From the NCBI RefSeq assembly GCF_006345805.1, contig NC_043004.1, positions 70,618,001 to 70,682,000 of the forward strand: a stretch of 64,000 nucleotides of DNA, given 5' to 3'. This document shows, one piece after another, positions 15,131 to 28,335 of the stretch (positions are counted from its first letter, which is position 1; the number at the start of each line of letters is the position of its first letter). Below the pieces are notes generated by a model. The model was not told where the DNA came from. It did no database searches and was given only the letters and a program-made list of their open reading frames with translations. A program made the translations under genes and the position numbers. The stretch comes from Octopus sinensis. Its lineage: Eukaryota.

Positions 15131-15360
15131 GAGATATATTTGACGGGTTTCTTTCAGTTTCTGCCCACAAAATCTGCTCACAAAGCTTTGGTCAGCCTGA
15201 AGCTTTAGTAGAAGACATTTGCCCAAAGTTCCACACAGTGGGGCTGAACTGTCTATAAATATTCTTTCTTACTGGTTTTGGAAGATATGTTCACATTTGC
15301 AGAGCAAATAACTCCTACAACTATATGCAATATTTTTTCTGTCCCAAATAGCTATATACA

Positions 15361-15937
15361 CAAGGAGGGCCAAAAGTCATGCACCAAAACATTTACCATT
15401 TTGTTACCTCCACCTTAGCGAAGGCAGGGGTATTTTTTGCTTGTTTGTTTGTTTGTCCATGGACAAGATAACTCAAGAACCACTGGATGGATTCGGATGA
15501 AATTTTCAGGGATGTTTGGCCTCATGACTAGCAAGAACTGATTAGATTTTAGGATCAATCTGGTACCAGACAAGGATTCTGGATTATTTTTCCAGTTTTT
15601 TTGCTTAATTTTTGAGAGCAGTTGGGTTCATTTTTAGTATTCTCGTTTGTGAGAGCAGTCAAGTTTACTTCAGATATTCTTGTTTTAAAAATCATCTCCA
15701 GCTAACCATTAAGAGGATGTTAAGGTGCCTTGGTGGAGGTTTGCACTCTCTGAGTACTCTTGTTTATAGTACAATGTTGTTGCTATTGTTGTTGTTCATT
15801 TTGTCCATCATGCACAAGCACATGTGCATTCATCATTATTTTATTTATTTCATTCAATTTCGGAAAAAGTGAAACATGTATTTAATAATTCCAAAGTATA
15901 TTGAACTTATTTTGTGACTGACTTTTGGCCCACCCTG
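15361..15937. mobile_element. Tc1/mariner-type MITE carrying a nested element
   Basis: TIRs CAAGGAGGGCCAAAAGTCA / TGACTTTTGGCCCACCCTG|TA (17/19 match). Confidence 0.7.
15399..15765 (+). mobile_element. Helentron/DINE-1-like non-autonomous element (HINE)
   Basis: Inverted subterminal TACCTCCACC ... GGTGGAGGT, 3' hairpin GCACTCTCTGAGTAC, T-run flanks. Confidence 0.6.
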
Positions 15938-16237
15938 TATATAACTATGCATGTATACATGTAAGCATGTATGGGTGGATGGATGGATGGATGGATGGAT
16001 GGGTGGATGGATGGATATGTGTATGTATATATGTATGCATGTATGTCTGTACAACTATGTATGTATATTCAAATATATTTCTTTGCATGCAGGTAGATAG
16101 ATAGGTAGTCGAGAATGATTTTTCTTTCTATGTTTGGGTGTTCCTACATAAACAATATCAAAAACAGTCACTGCCAAAACAAAAAAGGTGCTTTTATTGG
16201 TTTGTTTGTTTTGTGGAGGAGGTTGTGTGTGTGTGTG

Positions 16238-16278
<41 letters not shown>

Positions 16279-16382
16279 CTTGTGAAGGAATATTTAATCA
16301 GTGTATTTAATCATACATAGTGGAGTATATGAGTATCTATCTCAAAAAGAAATTCAAAAGGAATGTTCAGAATTTGTGTAAA

Positions 16383-16428
<46 letters not shown>

Positions 16429-16453
16429 ATATATACATACATATATATATATT

Positions 16454-16492
<39 letters not shown>

Positions 16493-16497
16493 CATAC

Positions 16498-16539
<42 letters not shown>

Positions 16540-17514
16540 ATATACACACATTCATACATACATACATACATACATACATACATACATACATTCTTACATA
16601 CACATATTCTTTTCTTTTATTCTTTTACTTGCTTCAGTCATTTGATTGTGACCATACTGGAGCACCACCTTTAGTTGAACAAATCAAGCCCACGACCTAT
16701 TCTTTGTTAGCCTAGTACTTATTCTATTGATCTCTTTTGTGTCATTTTGGGTTCAGTCACACAGTGTAGCAGCTTGAGCAAGTGTCTTCTGCTTGGGTTG
16801 ACCATAGCCTTGTTAGTGTTTTATTAATTGGAAACTGAAAGAAGCCTGTCACATATGTGTGTGTGTGCATGCATGTGTGTGTATGTGTATGTGAGTATTA
16901 TGTGCATGTGTGTACATCTGTGTCCACATGTGTGTCTGTGTCCACATTCATGTGTGTGTGAGTGTGTGTGTGCGTGTGTGCGCGCGCACACATGTGTGTA
17001 TGTCTGTTTCAATTTGTGCTTCTCTGAAGCGTCACTAAGTTACATAAGCAGTATATAGAGTAACAGGTTCCTTATCAATGAATCACTCGCTAATTAAACA
17101 CCTTCAAACATGTGTGCCTCATTTGAAGCCCCTCATTTGAAAAAAAAATTAAAATAAAAAATCAGAACAAGGGACAACAATAGGAGCAGAATATGGTTTT
17201 AAAACAATGCCTCAAAAGTTTATTCAGCCATTCTAGAATGGAAAAGTAATGCAAAAAACAAATGAAGAATCAAATGATACACGTGTGTTTTGTAGTTTTG
17301 TAGTTCAGCCAAGATCTGCTTGGATTGGTAAGATCTAAGGTCAAAGACTCATGAACCATAGGTGACTGTCATAGGGTGTCTAAGATATATTATCCAGCTC
17401 ATCCTTTCCTTTATAAAAAGATAGTGATTGGAAAGAAATTAGGCTGTAATTTCTAGCAGATGATGCAACCATGAAAACGTTCCCTTGTTTGCTTATGGTA
17501 CATTTATTCTTTTG

Positions 17515-17898
17515 CTTGTTTTAATCTTTGACAGTGGCCATGCTGGAGCACTACCTTTACTTGAAGAAATCGAGCCCAGGACTTATGCTTTGTAAGCCTA
17601 GTACTTATTCTATCGTTCTCTTTTGCTGAACCACTGAGTTACAGGGACGTAAACACACCAACATCAGTTGTCAAGAGATGGTGGGGGGGGGATAAACACA
17701 TACACACACATATACAAATATATACATATATATCTATATATATAAGATGGGCTTCTTTCAATTTCTGTCTACCAAATCCACTCATAAGGCTTTGGTTGGC
17801 CCAAGGCTATAGTAGAAGGCACTTCCCCACAGTACCACACAGTGGGACTGAACCAGAACCATATAGTTGGGAAGCAAGCTTCTTACCACACAGCCACT
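17515..17898 (-). mobile_element. SINE family B
   Basis: Reverse complement of the family B consensus. Confidence 0.8.
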
Positions 17899-18224
17899 CC
17901 TTATTTTTTTTTCAGTCCAAATGATTCTGCTCTGATAAAACAGACCAAAGATCAGAAATTTCCCAGTTATGATAGTCAGTTTTATTATACAGTCATAGTT
18001 TACTTAGGACTACATTATTCAATGCACTATACACTTTTTACAACCGTAAAATGTGCTTTAAGGGAAATTTAGACACTGTCTCTTTCAAGTCAAGGGATTA
18101 CATAGAGTCTCCCTTATTTTTCTCTGCTGGGCATGCTATGTCTATGATCCAGCATAGTTTGTTTTCTTTCTCAATTAAAACTATGTCCAGCTTACACACA
18201 GGGTTAGCCAAAAGTCGCCCAACA

Positions 18225-18455
18225 TCATCATCATCATCATCGTTTAGCGTCCACTTTCCATGCTAGCATGGGTTGGACGGTTCAACTGAGGTCTGGGAAG
18301 CCAGAAGGCTGCATCAGGCCCAGTTTGATCTGGCAATGTTTCTACGGCTGGATGCCCTTCCTAACGCCAACCATTCCATGAGTGTAGTGGGTGCTTTTTA
18401 CGTGCCACCGGCACAGGTGCCAGACGAGTCTGGCAAACGACCACGATCGGATGGT
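18225..18455 (-). mobile_element. RTE-type 3' tail
   Basis: (CAT)n + TTTAGCGTCCACTTTCCATGCTAGCATGGGTTGG. Confidence 0.8.
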
Positions 18456-18889
18456 CCTAGAGTCGATTTGCTTGACTAAAGGCAATGCTCCAGCATGGCC
18501 ACAGTCAAATGACTGAAACAAGTAAAAGAATAAAGAGTATATATATATATATAAATATATATTTTAGTCACAATATATGAAATCAAGTAATCTGGTAGTA
18601 TGGTAGTACACTTAAGAAAAAGTTCTTTACTATACCATTCAACAAAACTTATAGAATATATAGTACGATACAAGTAATATATTTGTTATTAAATATAATA
18701 ATATAAATTATTTATAGGTTTCTAAGTACAAAACAATTGTCATGAAATTAGAATTTGCTTATGTTGAATAAAAATTCCATCAAACCATTTCTGTCATTTA
18801 TGACTATATATATATAAATATATATATATACATATATATATATTATATATATATATTATATATATTATATATATATAGATATATATTAA

Positions 18890-19080
18890 TCCAAACATGA
18901 AATTACAACAACGCGAGGACGTGGAACAAGTATAGTGTTATTAGACGCTCAGGAAAGAAGGAAAGAAGGAGGGTTTAACGTTTCGAGTGGAGATCTTCGT
19001 CAGAAACATAGGAAAAGGAAAGATCAAAAGAGGGAAGACGGACGAAAAAAAATCGCCAACGGTACACTCACGGTCACATT
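18890..19080 (-). mobile_element. Penelope-like element pLTR remnant
   Basis: Paralogous to 39945-40140; carries a hammerhead motif; flanked by (TA)n on both sides. Confidence 0.6.
18973..19007 (-). ncRNA. Minimal type I hammerhead ribozyme motif
   Basis: Minus strand GTTT-CTGACGA-agatctccactc-GAAAC-GTT-AAAC: intact core, 4-bp stem I, palindromic ACGT stem III, stem II with two mismatches. Confidence 0.7.
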
Positions 19081-19081
19081 T

Positions 19082-19133
<52 letters not shown>

Positions 19134-19251
19134 TATATATATAACATACATACATACATACATACATACATACATACATCATACATACATATTACATGCA
19201 TACATATATATATATATGTATATATATATGTATATGGATTATATATATATG

Positions 19252-19286
<35 letters not shown>

Positions 19287-19394
19287 ATATATACATACAT
19301 ACATACATACATACATACATACATACATACATACTGCATACATATATATATATGTATATATTTATATGTATATGTATGTGTGTGTGTGTGTGTA

Positions 19395-19780
19395 TGAAGG
19401 CGCAATGGCCCAGTGGTTAGGGCAGTGGACTCGCATTTGTAGGATCATTGTTTCGATTCCCAGACGGGGTGTTGTGAGTGTTTATTGAGCGAAAACACTT
19501 AAAGCTCCACATGGCTCCAGCAGGGGTTGGTAGCATACCCTGCTGTACTCTTTCAACACAATTTTCTCTCACTCTTTCTTCCTGTTTCTGTTGTACCTGT
19601 ATTTCGAAGGACCGACCTTATCACACTCTGTATCAAGCTGAATCTCCCTGAGAACTACGTTAAGCGTACAAGTGTCTGTGAAGTGCTCAGCCACTTGCAT
19701 GTTTATTTCCCGAGCAAGCTGTTCCATTGATCAGATCATGTCGTTGGAACCCACATTGTCATATCCAACTGAGTGCCACG
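19395..19780 (+). mobile_element. SINE family A with third tail type (...GAACTACGTTAAG...GAGTGCCAC)
   Basis: Family A head and body followed by a tail shared with 39175-39557 and 28462-28760. Confidence 0.85.
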
Positions 19781-19814
19781 ATATATGTATGTATATGTAT
19801 ATACATATACATAC

Positions 19815-19855
<41 letters not shown>

Positions 19856-20067
19856 GAGTAAAAGTAAGTAAACACATAAATGTGAAACAAGGTGGAAAAA
19901 AGAGTACTCAAATACCAGTGGTAGAGTAATATGCTTTAATTAAAGCAGCAGAAAATTCAACAAAACCTGTTACTCTGAGTTTCCCGTTGCAAAAACTGTC
20001 CGATGAACGGCAACGGGAAACTCAGAGTAACAGTTTTTGTTGAATTTTCTGCTGCTTTAAATAAAGT
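19856..20067 (+). mobile_element. Penelope-like remnant with inverted partial pLTR
   Basis: 58-bp inverted arms 19933-19990 and 20010-20067 (3 mismatches) around a 19-bp spacer; between (TA)n tracts. Confidence 0.65.
19989..20040 (+). ncRNA. Type I hammerhead ribozyme motif (U4->C)
   Basis: GCAAAAACTGT-CCGATGA-acg(gcaa)cgg-GAAAC-tcaga-GTA-ACAGTTTTTGT; 9-11 bp stem I. Confidence 0.65.
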
Positions 20068-20481
20068 ATATATATATATATATATATTTGTGTGTGTGTA
20101 TGTGTGGTGGTGGTGGTGGTGGTGGTGGTGGGGTGGTGGTGGTGGTGGTGGTGGTGATGTTCAGGACCGTGATTACAACCACCAACACCACAGTAATTCT
20201 TTTGTACCATACTAGTTGGGTTAGATGGTTTTTCTGAGGAAGTGTTTTACAACTGCCGGTCATTCCTATCACTGACCTTTTTAGTTGCTTCTTATGAAAT
20301 GTAGAGACATGGTATACTTGGCTATAAAAATCAGAATACATAAACATACACAAACATATTTGAATTTCTGAACACAAACACACACGCATCATCATCATCA
20401 TCGTCATCATCACTATAATCAATATATAGAAATATGTATGTGTATATAATATATATATATGTATACATGCACATACATATA

Positions 20482-20512
<31 letters not shown>

Positions 20513-21442
20513 ATGAATATAATTCTAACACACACATATATATATACATACATTCGTATATATATGCATTTATATGTGTGAGGGGGGGTGCTAAAGTCTT
20601 CTGACAAGGAATATAAATTTTACTTTATTCCCATTATTGATTGCTTTTATTAGTACATATTTACATATTTGTTATTATTTGTCACTTAACAACCATGAAA
20701 TAAATACGTGTGTGTGTGTGTGAGTGTGTGTGAGTGTGTGCATGGGCTTGTGCTGTGCATGTAGCTTTGTGTATGTTATTATCTGCAACAAATAAAAGGA
20801 ATAAAGGAATATTGTTACATAACAATAAAAGACATTTTTCAGAACAAGAAATGAAAGGCAGAGTTTTATACCAACCTTTGCACAGGTAAAAATACAAAAA
20901 TCCTAAAAACCAGGCTCCTACTTGTTCTTAATTAATTACTATATCTGGTGCTGCTGACTGAGATGTTTAGACTTAGCTTATAAAACTATTAATTACCGAC
21001 CCAGCTGATCTTGACTTGTGATTTAGCACCCACATACACATATACGTATACGCGTGTGTGTGTGTGTGGTGTATAAGGCTATATGTATATGTTCTCTATT
21101 GCTAGGTTATCATATGCTTGTATTTACATAGAGAAAGAGTAGTAAATTGAGAAAACAAAGAGGAGAGGGGCTAATGGAAAGAAAAAGAGAGTGAAAGAGA
21201 TAGAGAGAGAGGAGAGAGAGAGGAGAGAGAGAAAAACAGGAAGAATAAATGCGTTAAAAAAACACATAAAGAGATTAATACAAATACATGTGCATGCATG
21301 TGTGTGTGTATGTGTGTGTGTACACATACATGGAGAACATGTTGACAGCTTAATATGTACATACGTAGCTATAAGCATAAACATACACTTGCACACACAC
21401 TCATACACACACACACACACACACACACAGATTAATATTTGG

Positions 21443-21597
21443 GAGTAGCTGTGTGGTAAGTAGCTAGCTTACCAACCACATGGTCCCGTGTTCAGTCCCA
21501 CTGCATGGTACCTTGGACAAGTGTCTTCTGCTATAGCCTTGGGCCGACCAAAGCCTTGTGAGTGGATTTGGTAGACAGAAACTGAAAGAAGCCCATC

Positions 21598-21633
<36 letters not shown>

Positions 21634-21850
21634 GTGTGTGTATATGTTTGTGTGTCTGTGTTTGTCCCCCTCCACCATCGCTGTCTGTGTGTCTGTGTTT
21701 ACATTCCCATAACTTAGTGGTTCGGCAAAAAGAGACTAATAGAATAAGTACTAGGCTTACAAAGAATAAGTCCTGGAGTCGATTTGCTCGACTAAAGGTG
21801 GTGCTCCAGCATGACTGAAACAAATAAAAGAGTAAAAAAGAGTAAAAGAG
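21443..21850 (+). mobile_element. SINE family B
   Basis: Head, body and (GAGTAAAA)n tail recognisable. Confidence 0.85.
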
Positions 21851-22067
21851 TATATATATATATATATATACAATTTAAAAAATAGGATAAAATCTTTATA
21901 AGAATTTATCAGTAGATAGCATGAAAAACTTCATAAAGGAAACATTTATTAATTTAACCCTTTAAATATATTTATTTATATTAAGGGCATTACTATACAT
22001 AAATGCTTCATACTAGGAGCGACTCTTAAAGTCAAAACTACCATAATAAACACATTGTAAAATTAAT

Positions 22068-22104
<37 letters not shown>

Positions 22105-22320
22105 CTGCCAGTACTACCTGACTGGCCCTCATGCCGATGGCACGTAAAAGCACCCACTACACTCTCGGAGTGTTTGGCATTAGGAAGGGCATCCAGCGGT
22201 AGAAACTCTGCCAGATCAGATTGGAGCCTGGTGCAGCCATCTGGCTCACCAGTCCCCAGTCAAACCATCCAACCCATGCCAGCATGGAATGCAGACGTTA
22301 AACAATGATGATGATGATGA
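22105..22320 (+). mobile_element. RTE-type 3' tail
   Basis: CACCCACTACACTCTCGGAG...GACGTTAAACAATGATGATG. Confidence 0.8.
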
Positions 22321-22330
22321 TGATATATAA

Positions 22331-22415
<85 letters not shown>

Positions 22416-22430
22416 ATATATGTATATATA

Positions 22431-22578
22431 GGCGCAGATGTGGCTGGTGTGTAAGAAGCTTGCTTACCAACCACATGGTTCCAGGTTCCATCCCACTACA
22501 TGGCACCTTGGGCAAGTGTCTTCTGCTTTAGCCTTGGAACCGACCAAAGCCAGTGGAAACTGGAAGAAGCCCGTCATA

Positions 22579-22614
<36 letters not shown>

Positions 22615-22852
22615 TGTATGTATGTATGTATGTATTAGTGTGTCTCTGTGTTTGTGTTTGTCCCCCACCATTGCTTGACAATTCATGCGGGTGTATACGT
22701 TTCCCCCATAACTTAGCAGTTCAGCCAAAGTGATTGATAGAATACATTTTAGGCTTATAAAGAATAACTCTTGGGGTAGATTTCTCCAACTAACACCCTT
22801 TAAAGCTGTGCTCCAGCATGGCTGAAGTCAAATGACTGAAACAAATAAAAGA
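22431..22852 (+). mobile_element. SINE family B with internal (TATG)n
   Basis: Family B consensus match. Confidence 0.8.
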
Positions 22853-23315
22853 ATATATATACATATATATAATTATTATATATATATAAACACATATATT
22901 CTTTTATTCTTTTACTTGTTTCAGTCATTTGACTGTGGCCATGCTAGAGCACTGCATTGAAGGGTTTTAGTCGATCAAATCAACCCCAGGATTTATCTTT
23001 TAAACCTAGTACTTATTCTGTCAGCCTCCTTTGCCAAACAGCTAAGTTATGGAGACATAAGCACACCAACACCAGTTGTTTAGCGGTGATGGGTGAACAA
23101 ACACAACAGGCTTCTTTCAGTTTCCTCACCATCATCGTTTAATGTTCATTTTCCATGCTGGCATGGGTTGGACAGTTTGACAGGAGATAGCAAAGCCAGA
23201 AGCCATACCAGACTCCATTGTCTGTTTTAGGATGGTTTCTACAGCTGGATGCCCTTACCAATGTCAACCACTTAACAGAGTGTACTGGGTGCTTTTTACA
23301 GGGCACCAACACCAG

Positions 23316-23485
23316 ATGTATTTTAACATGTGTAAGGAACCCCTTTTTGTCAAAAATTAGGTTAAAAATATGGGAGTTTCTTATACATGGATGGTATTAT
23401 GATCTCTTACAAAAGCGTTTTTTCCAAATTTTAAGCCCCTAAAATTATACACGAGGGTTCCTAATATATACGTTAAAATACAGTA
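23316..23485. mobile_element. Small TIR element (Tc1/pogo-like MITE)
   Basis: TGTATTTTAACATGTGTAAGGAACCC vs GGGTTCCTAATATATACGTTAAAATACAG inverted ends. Confidence 0.55.
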
Positions 23486-23511
23486 TGTATATATATATAT
23501 ATTTATATATG

Positions 23512-23568
<57 letters not shown>

Positions 23569-23699
23569 TATGTATGTATGTATATGTATATATATACTCT
23601 CTCTCTCTCTCACACACACACAGATTAATGTATATACATATAGACACTCACTCTACACACAAAATTTAATTGAAATACACACTGACACAGACACATTAA

Positions 23700-25351
23700 T
23701 CTCTTATTATAAAAGGCAGATTTTATCTGCCTCCCTTTGTAACTTATAGAAATCTACAATATAGGATTTATTCAATTACAATTTACCTAGCATTTTTAAG
23801 AGTAGAATGCATCGGGTCATGCCAGGTCCAGTTTTAAAAATTTAAACTCCAATTAAGCAAAATTTACAGAAAACTCACATTCTGGTGTGTATGTCAAATG
23901 CTTTTCTTAATGTGGTTTACACCACACGCACACGCACACACACAGTGTGCAACGAATAAAATGAAAGTAAATAGCAACAGAGTGATTTGAGGAAGACTAA
24001 ACTGAAAGTATTTAAACCACTACTCAAAAAATAAAAAAACACAGCAAACAGAAACAAATAAATACATAACGATTTACTCCTCACACAATTTCTTCAATTA
24101 GAGTTTACCTAAGATTTTTCAAAGTACTCCATTCGGTCATGCCATAATATATTTCTTTCAATTTCACCCCCAATTAAGACAAAATTCGAGAAAACTCAAT
24201 ATTTTAACATTTCACTCCGAAAGCATTGATGTACATGTGTGCGTGTGTGAGTGTGTGTGTGTGTGTTTGATGGGTTGTGCGACACAGAAAGTGTGGGTGT
24301 AAGTGAAGCGCTTTTGTGTGTGTGTAAAGAGACAGACAGAGTGAAAGACAGAAATAACTGAACTTTTTTTATTCACTTTTTGTAGTGAGTGACTGAGAGA
24401 GAAAAGAGAGAGAGAGGTTATGTATGTATATATGTATGTATGGCTTCAGTGACACACACACACAAAAACACATACCTACGTACACCTAAAGCACGCACAC
24501 ACACACACACAAGCGGAGCGCGAACTTCAAAATTTTGGTAGTATTAATTTGCGAGCGTACTTCTAAGTGCGCGTAATTGAAAGTTTTCACTATGATATCA
24601 TCACGTGCGAAAAAATTCGAAGGGTTTTGAACAATTGAGATACAGATGTCACGCCTGTATTGAAACCATTGCTAAGCTGCCGTAATTGCTTAATTAAGAC
24701 TTTGTTTAATTGAAAGGGGCAAATATGTGACGAGGTTGAAAAAAAATACCCCAGAAAAAAAAATGTACTGCTGGTATTTATATAATTCACTACTATTTTG
24801 CTACAATGTCATGAAAAAGAAAAAATTTAGGTATGTAAATCGAATTCGCCACCCCCTTTTCCCGTTCGCGTTTGTGTAAAAAAAATTATTATTTAAGTTT
24901 TAAAAATTATTTACTTTGTTCAAAAAATATTAATATTAATTAATTTTCAAGAATTATTTAATTTTATTCTGTAAAATAGTAATTAATTCATTTATCTGTA
25001 AATCCGCGAGGTTGTTACTCAGGCACCTAGAATGGTAACCTTCAACTAACACTATCTCCTCCGAGACCCTGCGGCGCAAGTTGACCAAAATTGAGAGTAT
25101 GGTAGAAGAAGGGTTGCTCTTCCTTCCGTAGAACATAAAATTCAAATCGGACCATGTTAACACCAAAAATTATTTACATCAAAAAGATGTTTTTTTCTAT
25201 GAAAATCCCTATTTTTTACGATTTTTTCACTGCTGTGTCACCACTTTTCGGTGTATTTCGACCAGAAAAATGTTCATAAAATTTTTCCTTTTCAAAATTA
25301 CAATTCCAGCGGGTCGAAACAAACCCGAGCAACGCCGGGCGATACTGCTAG
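23700..25351 (+). mobile_element. Non-autonomous Helitron, ~1.65 kb, CpG-rich
   Basis: A|TCTCTTATTATAAAAGG 5' end; 3' end identical to the 11281-11668 element (hairpin + CTAG|T); joining the flanks restores a local ATTAAT repeat unit. Confidence 0.75.
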
Positions 25352-25729
25352 TACATGCATAGATAGAGATAAACATAGATGGATTAATGTATATAGACAC
25401 ACATACATACATATATGCACTCACTAATGAATGTATACACATAGGTGCACTCAGAGATTAATGTAGGCACTTACAAACAGAGATTAAACACCCTCATAGA
25501 GATTATCGTACACACACACTCACATAGATTAATGTATGTGTAGAGGATTTTCTGTCAATCTTGAAGATGAGAATCCAATTATCTGACCTGTTGAATTACT
25601 ATGAAATCAACATGAATTTGGTTGAGTATTCCATTGATGTGTATCCCTTAAATCCCAAATTGAATCAGCACAATCCAGAGCAGAGAAAGCAGTTGACTTT
25701 GAAGTATTTATCAACTCCAAAAGGATACA

Positions 25730-26030
25730 AACCAAAGCTGACCGCAGAAAGAATTTGAACTCAAAGCTCAAAGAGCTGGAACAAATATTAAATTCAAATT
25801 TTGGCACAATGCCAGCAATTTTGGGCTGGGTTGTGTAAGTCAATTACATTGACCCCAGTGTTCAACTCATGCTTATTTTATCGACAATAAAACCATGAGA
25901 GGCTAAGTCAGCCCTGGCAAAATTTGAACTTGGAATGTAGACATACAAAATGCTGCCAAGCATTTTGTGCTGGTGAGCAAATGACTCTGCTAGCTTTCCG
26001 CCAAAGCATGTTACCTGATTGTCTAACAAA
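25730..26030 (-). mobile_element. SINE family C fragments
   Basis: GAATTTGAACT B-box reverse complement and TTTTGGCACAATGCCAGCAATTTT tail. Confidence 0.6.
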
Positions 26031-26116
26031 GCTGCAAACCACTACCTTTAATGTACATAGATACACACAACACATACACATACATATTAATGCATGTGTG
26101 CATATGCATGCATGCA

Positions 26117-26202
<86 letters not shown>

Positions 26203-26240
26203 AAATATATATATATATAATATATATATATATATATAAT

Positions 26241-26289
<49 letters not shown>

Positions 26290-27547
26290 TATATGCACAT
26301 ATACACACAGACATGGACAGACAGATTAATATGAATGAATGTATATATGTATATATGTTAATATATATATATATTTATATACACACACAAACACACACAA
26401 CAGCAGTGGAACAGATTAATGTAAACGAGTGTGTATATTGTGTATATGTATACACACACACACACACATATATTTATACATATACAAAGATTAATGTGTA
26501 TATGCACACATACACACAAACAGAGATAGATTAATGCATACATACAAATGTGACATATGTAAGTAGTCAGGTTTTTCCTTAATCCTTCTGTCTACCCATC
26601 CATTCATCCATCCATCCATCCATCCATCCATCCAGACAGCCAGACAGAGTGAGTAAGAGTCAGAGAGAGAAAGCACAAGTAATGCTAAGATAATGAGAGT
26701 GAAGAGGGAAGAAATTTACACACACACACACACACACACAAATGCACATGCACTCACAGACACATGCACGTGTGCCCTGCTTACCTGCCCCACACCCAAA
26801 CAAAATTTGTATATTAATGAATATATAAAAAGGTAAAAGGGAATTAGAGAAGGATTGGTGTTAACATACAGTATTGAATTACTTCTGAAACCTACCCAAA
26901 CAAATATCAATGTGTTTCTATACGTACATATATGTATGTCTGTGTGTGTTTATATATATATATATACACATATCTATACTTATATGTATTTATATATCAA
27001 AGCACTGACAAAAGATACACATAAACACATACATAAATACACAAATATACACATATGCACATGTGCGTGTGCACGCACACTCACACATGCACACGTACAC
27101 ACGCACACATGCATACACACATAAGCACATACATACAAATACACACATGCACACAACACATACATTCATACACACACACAAACACACACACACACACACT
27201 CAAACATCAGAAAACATACACCCAAATATGTAGAGACATACACACCTATCGGATGGTGATTAGTGAATTAGTAATAGAACTGAAAGAGGAGAAGGAATGA
27301 GATTATCTCAATCTAAACACATCAATCATTGACCAACATAATATCTTGAAGGTACTGATTGATTGACAGACAGACGGGGGAGAGGGAGAGGGGAAAACAA
27401 GGAGAGGAATAGGGGATAAGATGAAGGAGGAAGAAGAGCAAGAAGAAAGGCAAAAAAGAGGACTGAGAAGGATAAAAGAGGAGATGAAGAAGGATGGAGA
27501 AAGAGAAAAGGAGAGGAGGAGGTGGAAGAGGAGGGAGAGTAAGTTTG

Positions 27548-28335
27548 GTTAAGGATAATATGGTGGGTTGGATTAAAGAGAATATGGTGGGGTGAATTAA
27601 GGAGGATATGGTGTATTAGATGAAGGAGAATATGGTGGGTTGGATTTGGAGGATATGGTGTATTAGATGAAGGAGAATATGGTGGGTGGATTAAGAAGAA
27701 TATGGTAGGTTGGATTAAAGAAAATATGGTGGGGTGGATTAAGGAGGATATAGTGGGTTGGATCAAGGATAATATGGTGGGTTGGATTTGGAGGATATGG
27801 TGTATTAGATGAAGGAGAATATGGTGGGTGGATTAAGAAGAATATGGTAGGTTGGATTAAAGAAAATATGGTGGGGTGGATTAAGGAGAATATGGTGGGT
27901 TAGATTTAGGAGGATAGATTTGACTGGGCCTGATGAAGCCTTCTGGCTTCACAGACCCCAGTAGAACCGTCCAACCCATGCTAGCATGGAAAACGGACGC
28001 TAAATGATGATGATGATGATGATGATGCTGGGTTAGGTTAAGGAAAATATGGCAGGGTGGATTAAGGAGGATATAGTGGGTTGGATTAAGAAGAATGTGG
28101 TGGGTTGGATTAAAGAGAATATGGTGGGATGGATTAAGGAGGATATGATGTATTGGATTAAGGAGAATTTGTATGTTGGATTAAAAAGAATTCTATAGGT
28201 TAGGTTAAGAATACTGAGGGTTGAATTAGATTAAAGAGATTTTCTTGTGTTGGATTAAGGAGAATACTGCAGGCTGGATTGAAGAAAGTAGAATTGGTTG
28301 GATTAAGGAAAATATGCTGAGTTGGATTAAGAATA
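27548..28335. repeat. ~21-24 bp minisatellite (GGATTAAGGAGAATATGGTGGGTT), interrupted by an RTE tail at ~27915-28025
   Basis: About 25-30 degenerate units read directly. Confidence 0.9.

Noticed and set aside
24954-25166. 70-aa ORF in the Helitron as a captured gene or RepHel piece
   Set aside because: No Rep or helicase motif and no recognisable family
27548-28335. CRISPR-like array
   Set aside because: Contiguous degenerate units without unique spacers; eukaryotic context with no cas genes
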